DNA of 64,000 nt from Alphaproteobacteria bacterium (lineage in GTDB: Bacteria; Pseudomonadota; Alphaproteobacteria; SP197): NCBI GenBank assembly GCA_964291265.2, contig OZ219747.1:3232001-3296000 (forward strand). The letters are read 5' to 3'. Position 1 is the stretch's first letter. Each line of letters opens with the position of its first letter. Positions 34,111-44,525 of this stretch are shown piece by piece. Position numbers and translations under genes: made by a program. A model generated the notes under the pieces. That model did no database searches. It was given only the letters and a program-made list of their open reading frames with translations, and was not told the origin of the DNA.

Positions 34111-34402
34111 GGCCCCACAGGTCCTGCCCGCAACGGCCGACCGAAGAGGGTTTCGCGAGAGAGTCGGATCGAAGCGTTCCGTACAGCCGACATGCGGATT
34201 GATTTCGGCCGTGTCGGCCGGACCGTCCTGGCCGCCGGTTGCCGCGACCTCAGGCCCGGGAAAGCGCCGGTCAACCTCGGCGATGACAGTGCTGGGAACT
34301 TCTGCAAGAACAAAAATGCGATGTTGTCGCGACCGGATCGTTCTCATCCGGTCTTGACGTGTGGCAGACGCCGGGGAACGAGCCCCGTCATATCCCCGGA
34401 CC

Positions 34403-35851
34403 TCAGTAGCCCGGCGGTGGCTGGAATCCACCGAATTCGCGTTCGATCAGGCGGGCCGCTCCGATTGTCGTGAGATCCCCCAGCCACGGCCCGGTGATCT
34501 GGATGCCACCCGGCAGTCCGTCGCGGCTGATGCCGGCCGGAGCCACGGTTCCCGGAAGTAGGGCCATGAGACCAAATCCGGCCCAGAACATCTGGTCGGT
34601 GGTGGGAACCTCGTGGCCGTTGACCGGAATCGTGCGCTCATGCCTTTCGCCGGCGTGATCATGGGGAAAGGCCGTGGAGGCGGCGGCGGGCGAGAGCAGG
34701 ATGTCCCAGTCCTCGAAGAAATGGTGCCAGGCCCAGCGAATGTGTTCACGCCGTTCATTGAGCGCCAACCACTCGCGGTGGGTCATTGTGTTGCCGCGGA
34801 TCATCAAGGCAAGGTAGCCTGCGTCATCAGGGTCGAGCCGTGCGCGTGCCGCCTGGAATTCCTCCAGCTTCGCCTGTGGCAATCGACCACTGGTGGCGGC
34901 ACGAAGCAGCTGAATGTAGATCTCGTGGGCGACGCGCATGTCAACATCAGGCCGCGCCCTGTCGCTGACGGTGGCGCCCGTGCGGGCGACGCCGTCGACC
35001 ATGTCCTGGAGCATGTCAAGGTAGGCGCCGTCCACCTCCGACAATCCGCTTTCAAGCATCACGGCGACACGCAGGTCGCCGAATGTCCGGGCGCGAGGGG
35101 CGGGAAGGTCGAGTCGCCAGCCGTCGGCATCGAGGGTATCCGGCCCGGCCATGGCCTTGAGTGCCACCTCGAGATCGCCCGCCGAACGCGCCAGCGGCCC
35201 TATGACCGCCATGTCGGCCCCTGTCAGGATTCCCGGCAGGGCCTGTCCCCGGGGCGGGCAGATTCCGAAGCTCGGCTTGTGACCGAAGACACCGCAGTAA
35301 TGGGCAGGATTGCGTATCGACGCACCGATATCGCTGCCGGTCTCGATGCCGGTCAATCCGGCGGCCAGGGCGGCGGCGGAACCTCCGGAGGAACCTCCGG
35401 GTGTCCGCCCGGTGTCCCAGGGATTCGACGTGACTCCGTAGATGTCGTTGAAACTCTGCCAGTCGGCAAGATTGAGCGGGACATTCGTCTTGCCGAAGAG
35501 AGTCACGCCGGCGCGTTCCAGACGTTCCACCACAACGCAATCATGTCTGGCGATGTTGTTCCGGAAGGCGGGGTCTCCCCATGTGGTCGGGGCACCGGCG
35601 ACATCAAAGCTCTCCTTGATCGTCATGGGCACGCCGTGCAGTGGCGGCAGGTCACCGCCGGCGACGGTGCGTGAATCCGCCACTCTCGCTGCTTCCAGCG
35701 CTCTCTCGCGATCCTGCCAGATCACGGCGTTGATGGCCGCATCATGGGCGTCGATGCGGCTCAGGTAGAGTTCCAGAAGTTCCACTGCGCCGATTTCCCG
35801 GCGCCGGATCATGCCGGCGAGGTCTTCCGCCGACCGGAATGCCACGGTCAT
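34403..35851 (-). CDS. Amidase (AS family)
   Basis: PLHGVPMTIKES, GRTPGGSSGGSAAA and GSDIGASIR. Confidence 0.93.
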   Translation of the reverse strand: MTVAFRSAEDLAGMIRRREIGAVELLELYLSRIDAHDAAINAVIWQDRERALEAARVADSRTVAGGDLPPLHGVPMTIKESFDVAGAPTTWGDPAFRNNIARHDCVVVERLERAGVTLFGKTNVPLNLADWQSFNDIYGVTSNPWDTGRTPGGSSGGSAAALAAGLTGIETGSDIGASIRNPAHYCGVFGHKPSFGICPPRGQALPGILTGADMAVIGPLARSAGDLEVALKAMAGPDTLDADGWRLDLPAPRARTFGDLRVAVMLESGLSEVDGAYLDMLQDMVDGVARTGATVSDRARPDVDMRVAHEIYIQLLRAATSGRLPQAKLEEFQAARARLDPDDAGYLALMIRGNTMTHREWLALNERREHIRWAWHHFFEDWDILLSPAAASTAFPHDHAGERHERTIPVNGHEVPTTDQMFWAGFGLMALLPGTVAPAGISRDGLPGGIQITGPWLGDLTTIGAARLIEREFGGFQPPPGY

Positions 35852-35863
35852 AACGATGGCCTC

Positions 35864-37483
35864 TCAGGTGTCATTCGCCAGGAGCCAGGGGGCGCCCTCC
35901 TCAACAGCGATGATGGTTGGTCTCGGTGCCCCGAGAGCCTGAATGACGGCACCTTCGAAATCGGCAAGACTATTCGGGCGCACGGCATGAACATGGCAGG
36001 CGCGGGCCAGCATCAGAAAGTCCGGATTGCTTCCCTCCACCCCCACCCGGTGGATGCCGCGGCTGTCGAGATCATCCTGGATCTGCTTGAGACCGCCGTT
36101 TTCCCAGATGATCACGGGCAACGAAAGGCCAAGATCACTGGCGACCATGAGCTCGGGCATGGTGAACATGAACCCGCCGTCGCCTGCGATGGCGACAACC
36201 GGACGCTCGCCGGGTACCCGCATGGCACCGATTGCATTGGGGAGCGCACAGCCCAGAGCACAATACCCGGCAGGGTAGAACCACTGGCGGGGCGCGAAGA
36301 CCGGAAAGGCAAACGCCCCGGTGTAGACCAGCTGGCAGGCATCGCCGGCAAACACCGTGTCGCGCGGCGTGACGGACCGCAAACGTTCCAGAAGTCTGAC
36401 ATGTTGCCGTTCGGAGGCAGTCAGGTTGGCCATCACGTCGGATCGGATGTGCCTGACGACGTTTTCGGTGCTCTGGCACAACGTGGCGCCATCATGGTCC
36501 CCAAGCAGGGAGGCAAGCCGTTCCATCACCGGAGCGGCGTCGGCAATGACGGCAAGATCAGCAGGATAGAGATCATTCATCTTGCCTGGATCGATGTCGA
36601 CCCTGATGAGACGGCCGCCGATGTCGAGGCGTTCGACAAAACTGTCGGTCTCGGATAGTTCCGTGCCGACCGCGAGGACGACGTCAGCCAGGCTGATGAA
36701 GTGGCGGACCTCCTCGCGGACCGTGCTGCCGGAGAGACTCAAGGGATGGTCATCCGGAACGATGCCCTTGCCGGCGGTACTGGCGATGACGGCGGCACCG
36801 AGAGATTCGGCGATCCTGATGAGACCGGACCCCGCTTCGGCCGCGCCGCCCCCGACCATGATGACGGGCCGCGTGGCGGAACGCAGCATTGCCGCCGCCT
36901 CGTCCACCAGACCCGCCGCCGGGCCGGGTCTCGAGGGCAGGGACACCGGTTGCCACTCATACCCGATCTCCTGGCCGAGAACATCGATCGGGATCGACAA
37001 GTGGACCGGCCGGGGCCTTTCGCCGGCGAAGATGGAAAAAGCCTGGGCCATCAGTTCCGGAACATCCTGTGGTCGGTGCGCCGTGGCACTCAGGGCCGTC
37101 AGGGGCCGCGTGACCTCCTTCTGTTCGGTGATCTCGTGAAGCACTCCCCAACCCTTTCCGATGGTCTCGCTGGATGCCTCCGCCGAAAGCAGGAGAAGGG
37201 GCAGTGAATCGGCCCAGGCCTGGCCGACAGCGGTGGCGGCATTCGTCACACCCGGTCCCGAGATGACCAGTGCGACTCCGGGCTTGCCGGTGGCCCGGGC
37301 ATACCCCTCTGCCATGAACCCCGCTCCCTGCTCATTGCGGGACTGGATGTGCCGGACCTCACCGGTCTCGAGGCCCCGGCAGAAATCAAGGGTATGGACG
37401 CCCGGAATGCCGAAGACCTCCCGGACACCGTAACGGGCCAGGAGGCGGATCGTCGCTTCACCGCACGTCAACCGGTTCGTCAT
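35864..37483 (-). CDS. ThDP-dependent decarboxylase, 5-guanidino-2-oxopentanoate decarboxylase (AruI)-like
   Basis: TCGEA...VFGIPGVHT, EQGAGFMAEGYAR, GYCALG and GDGGFMFT...WENGG. Confidence 0.82.
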   Translation of the reverse strand: MTNRLTCGEATIRLLARYGVREVFGIPGVHTLDFCRGLETGEVRHIQSRNEQGAGFMAEGYARATGKPGVALVISGPGVTNAATAVGQAWADSLPLLLLSAEASSETIGKGWGVLHEITEQKEVTRPLTALSATAHRPQDVPELMAQAFSIFAGERPRPVHLSIPIDVLGQEIGYEWQPVSLPSRPGPAAGLVDEAAAMLRSATRPVIMVGGGAAEAGSGLIRIAESLGAAVIASTAGKGIVPDDHPLSLSGSTVREEVRHFISLADVVLAVGTELSETDSFVERLDIGGRLIRVDIDPGKMNDLYPADLAVIADAAPVMERLASLLGDHDGATLCQSTENVVRHIRSDVMANLTASERQHVRLLERLRSVTPRDTVFAGDACQLVYTGAFAFPVFAPRQWFYPAGYCALGCALPNAIGAMRVPGERPVVAIAGDGGFMFTMPELMVASDLGLSLPVIIWENGGLKQIQDDLDSRGIHRVGVEGSNPDFLMLARACHVHAVRPNSLADFEGAVIQALGAPRPTIIAVEEGAPWLLANDT

Positions 37484-37497
37484 GGGCTCCTTCTCCA

Positions 37498-38592
37498 TCA
37501 GGCATCGAGTTGTGCGAGAACGGCGTCGGTCATGGCCTCGCTTGTGAGCCTGCCTCCAAGATCGGGGGTTCGGGCCCCTTCTTCGAGAGCTGCCGTCACG
37601 GCCCTTTCCATGTTCCCGGCGATGTCCGTGCGGCCGAAGGCGTAGTCGAACATCATGGCGGCCGAAAGTATGGCGCCGACGGGATTGGCGATGCCCTTGC
37701 CGGTGATGTCGGGTGCGGACCCGTGAACCGGTTCGAAGATGCCGCGGATTCGCGTGGCGCCTTCGGGAAGTCCGACAAGGCACGCCGACGGCAGCATGCC
37801 GAGACTTGCGACAATGACGCCGGCCTGGTCGCTCAGCATGTCGCCGAACAGGTTGTCGGCCATGATGACGTCGAATCGTTGCGGATCCCGGGCAAGTTGA
37901 TAACTGGCGTTGTCGGCATAGAGATGTTCAAGTGTGATCCTGGGGTAGTCCAGGGCGATTTCCGATACGACCTCGCGCCACAGGACATGCATTTCCATGA
38001 CGTTGGACTTGTCGGCCGAAACAAGATGCCGGCGCCGTCTTCCGGCAAGTCGGAAACCGACATGGGCGAGGCGAGCTATCTGGTGTTCGTCGTAGACCCC
38101 CAGATCGTATCCCCTCCGGGGCGCCTGCGGCGGCCGGTCGACTCCCCTCTCGGCGGCAAAGAAGTTGCCGCCGGTCATTTCCCGCAGCACAAGCACATCG
38201 GCTCCGCCCGTCAGACCCGGTCGGTAGGGGGTCAGGGGTTCGAGACAGGCAATTGCGCGCGCCGGACGCAGGCCGGCGTAGGCGTCGAGTTCCATGCGCA
38301 GCTGCATCAGGCCATCCGACACAACCGTTTCCCCGGCAGGGCGGATACTGTCCCACCGGGGGCCTCCCGTGGCGCCGACGAGAACGGCATCAGCCCTTCT
38401 GGCATGGTCGAGCGTCGTCTCCTCGAGGAAGGTTCCGGTTTTCTCGTAACAGGCCCCGTGCAGGAGGCCCTCTGTGACGTCGACGCGAATGTCGCTGTCG
38501 CAAGCCCTCTCGATCACCTTGAGTGCGCACCCGATCACTTCCGGGCCGATGCCATCACCGCCCAGGGCGAGCAGATCGAAGGTTTCCGGCAT
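37498..38592 (-). CDS. Isopropylmalate/tartrate beta-decarboxylating dehydrogenase family
   Basis: GDGIGPEV, DKSNV, NLFGDMLSD and FEPVHGSAPDITGKGIANP. Not in a leu operon context. Confidence 0.85.
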   Translation of the reverse strand: MPETFDLLALGGDGIGPEVIGCALKVIERACDSDIRVDVTEGLLHGACYEKTGTFLEETTLDHARRADAVLVGATGGPRWDSIRPAGETVVSDGLMQLRMELDAYAGLRPARAIACLEPLTPYRPGLTGGADVLVLREMTGGNFFAAERGVDRPPQAPRRGYDLGVYDEHQIARLAHVGFRLAGRRRRHLVSADKSNVMEMHVLWREVVSEIALDYPRITLEHLYADNASYQLARDPQRFDVIMADNLFGDMLSDQAGVIVASLGMLPSACLVGLPEGATRIRGIFEPVHGSAPDITGKGIANPVGAILSAAMMFDYAFGRTDIAGNMERAVTAALEEGARTPDLGGRLTSEAMTDAVLAQLDA

Positions 38593-39040
38593 GTCGGTCA
38601 CGTCCTGAACTGTTCACTCTTATTGTTAGCAGACCGTCCGCACTGCAGACAGCCTTCCGGGAGTCACCTGCATTCACCAGGTCCCATGCCGTGGATGCCA
38701 CGCCTCATCGGGTTTGGGAGATTCCGGAAACGAAGCCGGTGCATGTTCGGCGATGTAAGCACTCCGCATGGGACCCCGCCTGCGCCAGCAGATCTCGCTG
38801 TGGCTTGCCGGCGCGTACTTCGGGCGGTACCGGCCGGGCCAGCCACGCGAGTGAAGGAGAGGGACCCCGGCCTCAACTGCCGTTCGCACGTACGCGTCCC
38901 TCAAGCGGGCCTTGCCGTGACATCCCCGGGAAACGGCCTCTGCCGCCGCATCGTCCAGAGTGCCGACGGTCTGACCGGACACTGCGGCGACACCTTCTCG
39001 AGTCCTGCTTGGCGGGCCGTCGGTTGACCACGGATGACGT

Positions 39041-39069
39041 CTTGAAAGGTCCTTCCCTGCATCCCATAT
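39041..39069 (+). promoter_or_regulatory. Sigma32 (RpoH) promoter
   Basis: CTTGAAA-N15-CCCATAT upstream of a small heat shock gene. Confidence 0.75.
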
Positions 39070-39074
39070 CACTG

Positions 39075-39182
39075 GTTGCGACCGTCCCTTGCCTCTTCGT
39101 GGAAGACCAGACGGGAGCAACGGGGTCCTGCCCTTGGGGGGACCGATCACACATACCGCTCAACCGGAGGATATGTACCATG
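39075..39182 (+). promoter_or_regulatory. ROSE-type RNA thermometer in the ibpA 5' UTR
   Basis: The last hairpin ACATACCGCTC-AACCG-GAGGATATGT pairs with the SD sequence and has a bulged G, as in ROSE elements. Confidence 0.7.
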
Positions 39183-39641
39183 ACACGCTTCGATTTCTCT
39201 CCCCTGTTTCGTTCGACTGTCGGCTTCGACCGCATGATGAATCTGCTCGAAGCCAGTTCCCGCAACGGCGATGAGGGGTATCCGCCCTACAACATCGAGA
39301 AGAAGGGCGACAACGATTATCGCATCACAATGGCCGTCGCCGGTTTCGGCGAAAACGATCTCGCGATCGAGGTGAAGGACGGGACCGTGACGATTTCCGG
39401 TTCGGTCAATGCCGATGGTGACAAGGAGCGCACCTATCTCTACCGCGGCATCGCCGGCCGGAGCTTCAAGCGCGCCTTCCAGCTGGCGGACCATGTCCAC
39501 GTGTCGGGAGCGGCCATGGAGAACGGACTGCTTCACATCGACCTCGTGCGAGAGGTGCCGGAGGCGTTGAAGCCGCGGACGATCAGGATTTCGACGGGTG
39601 AGGACCCGCGCCAGATCGACAATCCGCGCAAGGCAGCCTGA
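39180..39641 (+). CDS. ibpA: Small heat shock protein (Hsp20)
   Basis: FDFSPLFRSTVGFDR, YPPYNIE, YLYRGIA, NGLLHIDL and KPRTIRI. Confidence 0.95.
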   Translation: MTRFDFSPLFRSTVGFDRMMNLLEASSRNGDEGYPPYNIEKKGDNDYRITMAVAGFGENDLAIEVKDGTVTISGSVNADGDKERTYLYRGIAGRSFKRAFQLADHVHVSGAAMENGLLHIDLVREVPEALKPRTIRISTGEDPRQIDNPRKAA

Positions 39642-39698
39642 TACCACCACTCCAACATGCGTCAGGGCGCCAGGCACCACGCTCGGCGCCCTGACTGC

Positions 39699-40970
39699 CT
39701 AGTGTTCCGAAGGATCGTCCAGGGTACGCCCCCTGACGAGGGAGTCCTTGCCGAATCGCTGGCGGACGGCGTCAAGCGCCTCGTCGACCCGAGCGTTGGA
39801 CTGCCTCGTGGCATGATCGAAGAGATCGCCGAACTCGACATGCCCGGAATCGACCAGGTCGTGAACGCCGACTCCGATCAGACGGAATGTGCGGCCATCG
39901 GTTTCGCGGGCCAGCAGTCCTTCACCGACAAAAAAGATTTCCTCGGCAGACTGGGTCGGGTGCTGAAGATGGCGGTTGCGGGTCATGACACGGAAATCCG
40001 CGGTCTTCAGTTTGAGCGTCACGCCCCGTGCGGCCAGCCCGGCCTTTTTCGTGCGTTCGGAGACGCTCTCCGAGAGTTGCCAGAGTACCCGGCGCAGTTT
40101 CGGAAAGTCCGCGGTATCGTCATGAAGTGTGGTTTCGGAGGAGATACTTCGGGTTTCGCCTTCCGGTTCCACCGCCCGATCATCCTCGCCCCGGCTGAAC
40201 TGGAAGAAGCGGTGGCCAATCTTGCCGTAGCGTGAGGTCAACTCGGCTTCATCGATGCGGGCAAGGTCGCCGATCAGGGTAATGCCGTCGCGGGCAAGGC
40301 GGCGTCGGGTCGCTTCACCCACGCCCCAGAGCAGACTGACCGGCTTGTCGGCGAGAAAGTGCCGCGCCTCGCTGCGGCCTATGACCGCAAACCCGAAAGG
40401 CTTGTCCAGATCGGAAGCGATCTTGGCGAGAAACTTGTTGTAACTCAGCCCGATGGAAACCGTGATCCCCAGCTCCTCGCGAATCTGGCTGGCAAGGCGG
40501 GCCAGGGTCCGGGCCGGCGAGCCACCATGCAAGGCACTGGTTCCGGAGAGATCCATGAACGCCTCGTCGATGGAGAGTGTCTCGACCAGCGGTGTCACGT
40601 TCCGCATCATGATGCGGACTTCATTGCCCGTGGCGACGTACTTCTTCATGTCGGGAGGGATGACATGGGCTTCGGGGCACAGCTTGAGGGCGCGGAACAT
40701 CGGCATGGCCGAACGCACACCGAAGGAGCGGGCAATGTAGCAGCAGGCGGCGACAACCCCGCGATGGCGGCCTCCGACGATCACCGGCACACCCGCAAGT
40801 TCCGGCCGGTCCCGCTTCTCGATGGCCGCATAGAAGGCGTCACAATCGAGATGGGCGATGGCGAGATCGTCAAGTTCCGGATGGCACACGATGCGTCGCG
40901 ACCCGCAGGCATCACAGGCCTCGAAACCGGATTGCGGCCGATGGCCGCAGGTGCGGCAAAGGGTCTTCAC
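39699..40970 (-). CDS. dinB: DNA polymerase IV
   Basis: AHLDCDAFYAAIE, GVRSAMP and SIDEAFMD; alpha-type N-terminal Zn ribbon. Confidence 0.95.
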   Translation of the reverse strand: MKTLCRTCGHRPQSGFEACDACGSRRIVCHPELDDLAIAHLDCDAFYAAIEKRDRPELAGVPVIVGGRHRGVVAACCYIARSFGVRSAMPMFRALKLCPEAHVIPPDMKKYVATGNEVRIMMRNVTPLVETLSIDEAFMDLSGTSALHGGSPARTLARLASQIREELGITVSIGLSYNKFLAKIASDLDKPFGFAVIGRSEARHFLADKPVSLLWGVGEATRRRLARDGITLIGDLARIDEAELTSRYGKIGHRFFQFSRGEDDRAVEPEGETRSISSETTLHDDTADFPKLRRVLWQLSESVSERTKKAGLAARGVTLKLKTADFRVMTRNRHLQHPTQSAEEIFFVGEGLLARETDGRTFRLIGVGVHDLVDSGHVEFGDLFDHATRQSNARVDEALDAVRQRFGKDSLVRGRTLDDPSEH

Positions 40971-41070
40971 GCCTCGACCTTACGTCCCTTCATCGCCGTT
41001 GTCGCGCCTTGCCGATATCCGTGCCGTGGCTAACATGACGCAGTGTTCGGCGAAAGAGGTCACCCCAACC

Positions 41071-42747
41071 GTGTCCTACCAGTATGTCTACGTCATGAAG
41101 GGCCTCACCAAGACCTGGCCCGGAGGCAGAACCGTTCTGCGAAACATCTGGCTGTCATTCCTTCCGGGCGCTAAGATCGGTGTGCTCGGACCCAATGGCG
41201 CCGGGAAATCCACGCTCCTCAGAGTCATGGCCGGCGTCGAACGGGACTTCGATGGCGAAGCTTGGGCGGCTGCCCAGGCAACGGTCGGATACCTGCCGCA
41301 GGAACCGGAACTCGATCCTTCGAAGGACGTCATGGGCAATGTCATGGAAGCAATGACGGAGACGAGCACCCTGCTGGAGCGATTCAACGAGATCTCGGCG
41401 CGCTTCGCCGAACCCCTTGATGACAATGAGATGAATGCGCTGATCGAGGAACAGGGCGCGATACAGCAACAGATCGATGCCGCAGACGGTTGGGATCTCG
41501 AACGTACGCTCGAGATCGCCATGAATGCACTACGCCTGCCGCCGGGAGATGCCGATGTCAGGCATCTTTCAGGTGGCGAGAAGCGACGGGTGGCGCTGTG
41601 CCGCCTGCTCCTGCAGAAACCCGATCTTCTTCTTCTCGACGAACCGACCAATCACCTCGATGCCGAATGCGTGGCGTGGCTGGAACGACATCTCGCAGCT
41701 TACGAGGGAACCGTCGTGGCGGTAACGCACGATCGCTACTTCCTTGAAAACGTAGCCGGATGGATTCTCGAACTCGATCGTGGCGAGGGCATTCCCTTCG
41801 AGGGAAACTACTCGGGCTGGCTGGAAAGCAAGCAGGAACGGCTGCGAAGGCAGGGCAGAGAGGAGAAGGCGCGTCGACAGGCTCTTGAACGCGAACTTGA
41901 GTGGGTGCGCTCGTCACCTGGAGCGAGGCGCACGAAGGGGAGGGCGCGCCTCGGCGCCTATGAGGAGCTTCTTGCCGAGAGCCGAGACAGGGCAGAAGGA
42001 CCGGCAAGGGGTCGTATCGCCATCCCACCGGGGCCACGTCTCGGTGACCTGGTGATTCGTGCCGAGGCGCTGTCGAAGGCTTTCGGGAACCGGCTGCTCA
42101 TGGACGGGCTCGATTTCACCCTGCCCCAGTCCGGGGTCGTCGGCATCATCGGCGCCAACGGCGCCGGAAAGTCGACACTGGTGAAGATGCTGACCGCTCG
42201 CGAGGAGCCTGACGGAGGATCCATCGCCGTTGGCGACACGGTGGTCACCGGATATGTCGACCAGAGTCGCGACGACCTCGATCCCGGAGCGACAGTGTGG
42301 GAGCAGATCACGGGCGGTGCCGAGACGCTGGCGATGGGCGCCCGGGACGTGTCGAGCCGCGCCTACGTCGGAGCGTTCGGGTTTCGAGGTCCCGATCAAC
42401 AGAAGAAGGTCGGCGAACTGTCGGGAGGTGAACGCAATCGCGTGCACCTCGCCACCATGCTGAAGTCCGGGGCCAACGTGCTCTTTCTCGACGAGCCGTC
42501 CAACGATCTCGATGTCGATACCTTGCGGGCCCTCGAGGAGGCATTGATGGGCTTCGCCGGATGTATCGTGATCATCAGTCATGACCGCTGGTTCCTCGAT
42601 CGCCTCGCCACCCATATCCTCGCCTTCGAGGGTGACAGCCACGTCGAGTGGTTCGAAGGCAACTATGAAGCCTATGAAGAGGACAGGACCAGGCGAATGG
42701 GGACTCGCGAACCCCACCGGATCAGGTACAGGCCGCTGACACGGTGA
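41071..42747 (+). CDS. ettA: Energy-dependent translational throttle protein (ABC-F)
   Basis: YQYVYVMKGLTK...LSFLPGAKIGVLG; two ABC domains; HILAFEGDSHVEWFEGNY. Confidence 0.93.
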   Translation: MSYQYVYVMKGLTKTWPGGRTVLRNIWLSFLPGAKIGVLGPNGAGKSTLLRVMAGVERDFDGEAWAAAQATVGYLPQEPELDPSKDVMGNVMEAMTETSTLLERFNEISARFAEPLDDNEMNALIEEQGAIQQQIDAADGWDLERTLEIAMNALRLPPGDADVRHLSGGEKRRVALCRLLLQKPDLLLLDEPTNHLDAECVAWLERHLAAYEGTVVAVTHDRYFLENVAGWILELDRGEGIPFEGNYSGWLESKQERLRRQGREEKARRQALERELEWVRSSPGARRTKGRARLGAYEELLAESRDRAEGPARGRIAIPPGPRLGDLVIRAEALSKAFGNRLLMDGLDFTLPQSGVVGIIGANGAGKSTLVKMLTAREEPDGGSIAVGDTVVTGYVDQSRDDLDPGATVWEQITGGAETLAMGARDVSSRAYVGAFGFRGPDQQKKVGELSGGERNRVHLATMLKSGANVLFLDEPSNDLDVDTLRALEEALMGFAGCIVIISHDRWFLDRLATHILAFEGDSHVEWFEGNYEAYEEDRTRRMGTREPHRIRYRPLTR

Positions 42748-43661
42748 CAGGACCTGCCAGGCCGACAACGGACAATGGGCGTCCTTGCCGCGTCATCGAG
42801 GTGCATGGAATTCTCGTCACCGTGGAACTCGACGGTGATCCCGTGCGCTGTGCCCTGCGCCAGGGCATCGATCCCTATCCCGTGGTCGGCGACCGGGTGC
42901 ATGTCACGACGGGGATGACGCCGCCAAGGATAGAATCAGTCCTTGAGAGACATGGGGTGCTGGCCCGTTGGCGACGCGATGCCAGCAGGCGCGTGTCGGG
43001 GAGTGCCACGGAACAGGTTCTCGCTGCCAACATCGACCGCGCCCTTGTCGTCGTCTCGCTGGCCAGTCCCCCGTTTCATCCCCGTATCATCGATCGCTAC
43101 GCGGTCATCGCCGCCAGGGGCGGCGTCGATGTGACGGTCGTGCTCAACAAGATCGACCTCGAAATGCCGCGTCCGGACCTTGTCGACCACTGCAGGGAGG
43201 GGATGGTGATCGTCGAGGTGTCGGCCAGGACAGGGCAGGGACTCGACCGGTTGCTCGACTGCATCAAGGAGCAGACTGTTGTCCTCACCGGGCCGAGCGG
43301 TGTCGGGAAGTCCTCCCTCGTCAATGCCCTCACCGGCACTCAGAGCGCCCGTGTCGGTGGTCTCGGCGGCCGGCGGCGGCAGGGAAGGCACACGACTGCC
43401 CGTTCATCACTCTATGATCTCGGCGGGAGCACTTCCCTCATCGACACTCCCGGGATTCGCTCGCTGGGTCTCGCGGGCATCTCCCGTGATGAACTCTCCG
43501 CACTGTTCCCCGACATCGATGAGGCGGGCCGCCGCTGCCGGTTCCGCGATTGCACCCATGATCACGAACCTGGGTGCGCCGTGCGTGTGGCAGTCCGGTC
43601 GGGCGCCATTCCGACAGGCCGCCTTGATGTCTACCTGCGTCTGCTGCGTGAAGAGGAGTAG
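42744..43661 (+). CDS. rsgA: Ribosome small subunit-dependent GTPase A
   Basis: NKID, GPSGVGKSS, GRHTT, DTPG and CRFRDCTHDHEPGC. Confidence 0.93.
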   Translation: MTGPARPTTDNGRPCRVIEVHGILVTVELDGDPVRCALRQGIDPYPVVGDRVHVTTGMTPPRIESVLERHGVLARWRRDASRRVSGSATEQVLAANIDRALVVVSLASPPFHPRIIDRYAVIAARGGVDVTVVLNKIDLEMPRPDLVDHCREGMVIVEVSARTGQGLDRLLDCIKEQTVVLTGPSGVGKSSLVNALTGTQSARVGGLGGRRRQGRHTTARSSLYDLGGSTSLIDTPGIRSLGLAGISRDELSALFPDIDEAGRRCRFRDCTHDHEPGCAVRVAVRSGAIPTGRLDVYLRLLREEE

Positions 43662-43922
43662 GGACGAGTGACAATCGGTACGCTGCCGATGAAACCGAGC
43701 GGCGCGTATGGGGATCCCGGAAGATCCACGGCCAGGACTGGGCTGCTTGAGGTGAGACGGATGCGCACTGAGCGCAGACCTTGTCACGAATCAACGCCTG
43801 GAGTTGTGCATCGTATTCCTCGACGGTCCCGCTGCAGAGGAGCGATGCCCGGTCGAATCCCCGGCGTTCCGCGAAATCGCGCGGACCACACGGTCGCCTG
43901 CCACGTGCGCTGAGCGGCGGGG

Positions 43923-44525
43923 CTACGATTTCGGAGACCGGAGAAGGTGGGCGACGTCGCGCCACAGTTTGGCGAACGAGGGAGAATTTCGCCGCGCTTC
44001 AGCCATATCGAAGGTCGCAGTGAGCGCAGCCTGGTCGAGTGTCTCGCGGTAACGCCGACCACGTGGCATCCTTGCGCTGAGCCAACCCTTGGCGTCCTGG
44101 ATGGTTTCGGGATGATCCGGCGATGCAAGCGCCTTGTCGAGGCCGCGTCGTCCGGCGATCGAGCTCGCCGCCGCCAGGAACCAGGCTTCGTATTCCGCCT
44201 TGGCCAGGACCACGCGGATCTCCCGTCCAGGACTTGTCTCAACAGCGCGGGCGAGAAGTTGCGGGGCAAGTTCCGCCGGGCAATCGCGGTCTGCGTCAAG
44301 CAGTACCAGCACACTCCCGCTCGTCCCCGCCAGATGCGAGGCCAATGCTGCGGCGCGTTCCAATTCACCTTGCTTCATGAGCTTGTTGCGTGGCACAGGG
44401 ATTGGCCGGGGTGTCTCGACAACAATGTCCGGCGAAATCTCTCCGGCGATGCGGCGGAGCAACTCCGGCAACGCCGTTACCTCGCCATGCCCTTCCACAA
44501 TCGCCAGGATGGTCCTGCGCATCAT
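43923..44525 (-). CDS. DUF4276-family (Toprim-like) protein
   Basis: IVEGHGE, LLDADRDCP, EYEAWFLA, YRETLDQ and SPSF. Overlaps the ATPase stop. Confidence 0.8.
   Translation of the reverse strand: MMRRTILAIVEGHGEVTALPELLRRIAGEISPDIVVETPRPIPVPRNKLMKQGELERAAALASHLAGTSGSVLVLLDADRDCPAELAPQLLARAVETSPGREIRVVLAKAEYEAWFLAAASSIAGRRGLDKALASPDHPETIQDAKGWLSARMPRGRRYRETLDQAALTATFDMAEARRNSPSFAKLWRDVAHLLRSPKS

Noticed and set aside
43665-43920. PVLAVDLP-like fragment hinting at an NAD(P)HX epimerase remnant
   Set aside because: Too short and degenerate to support.
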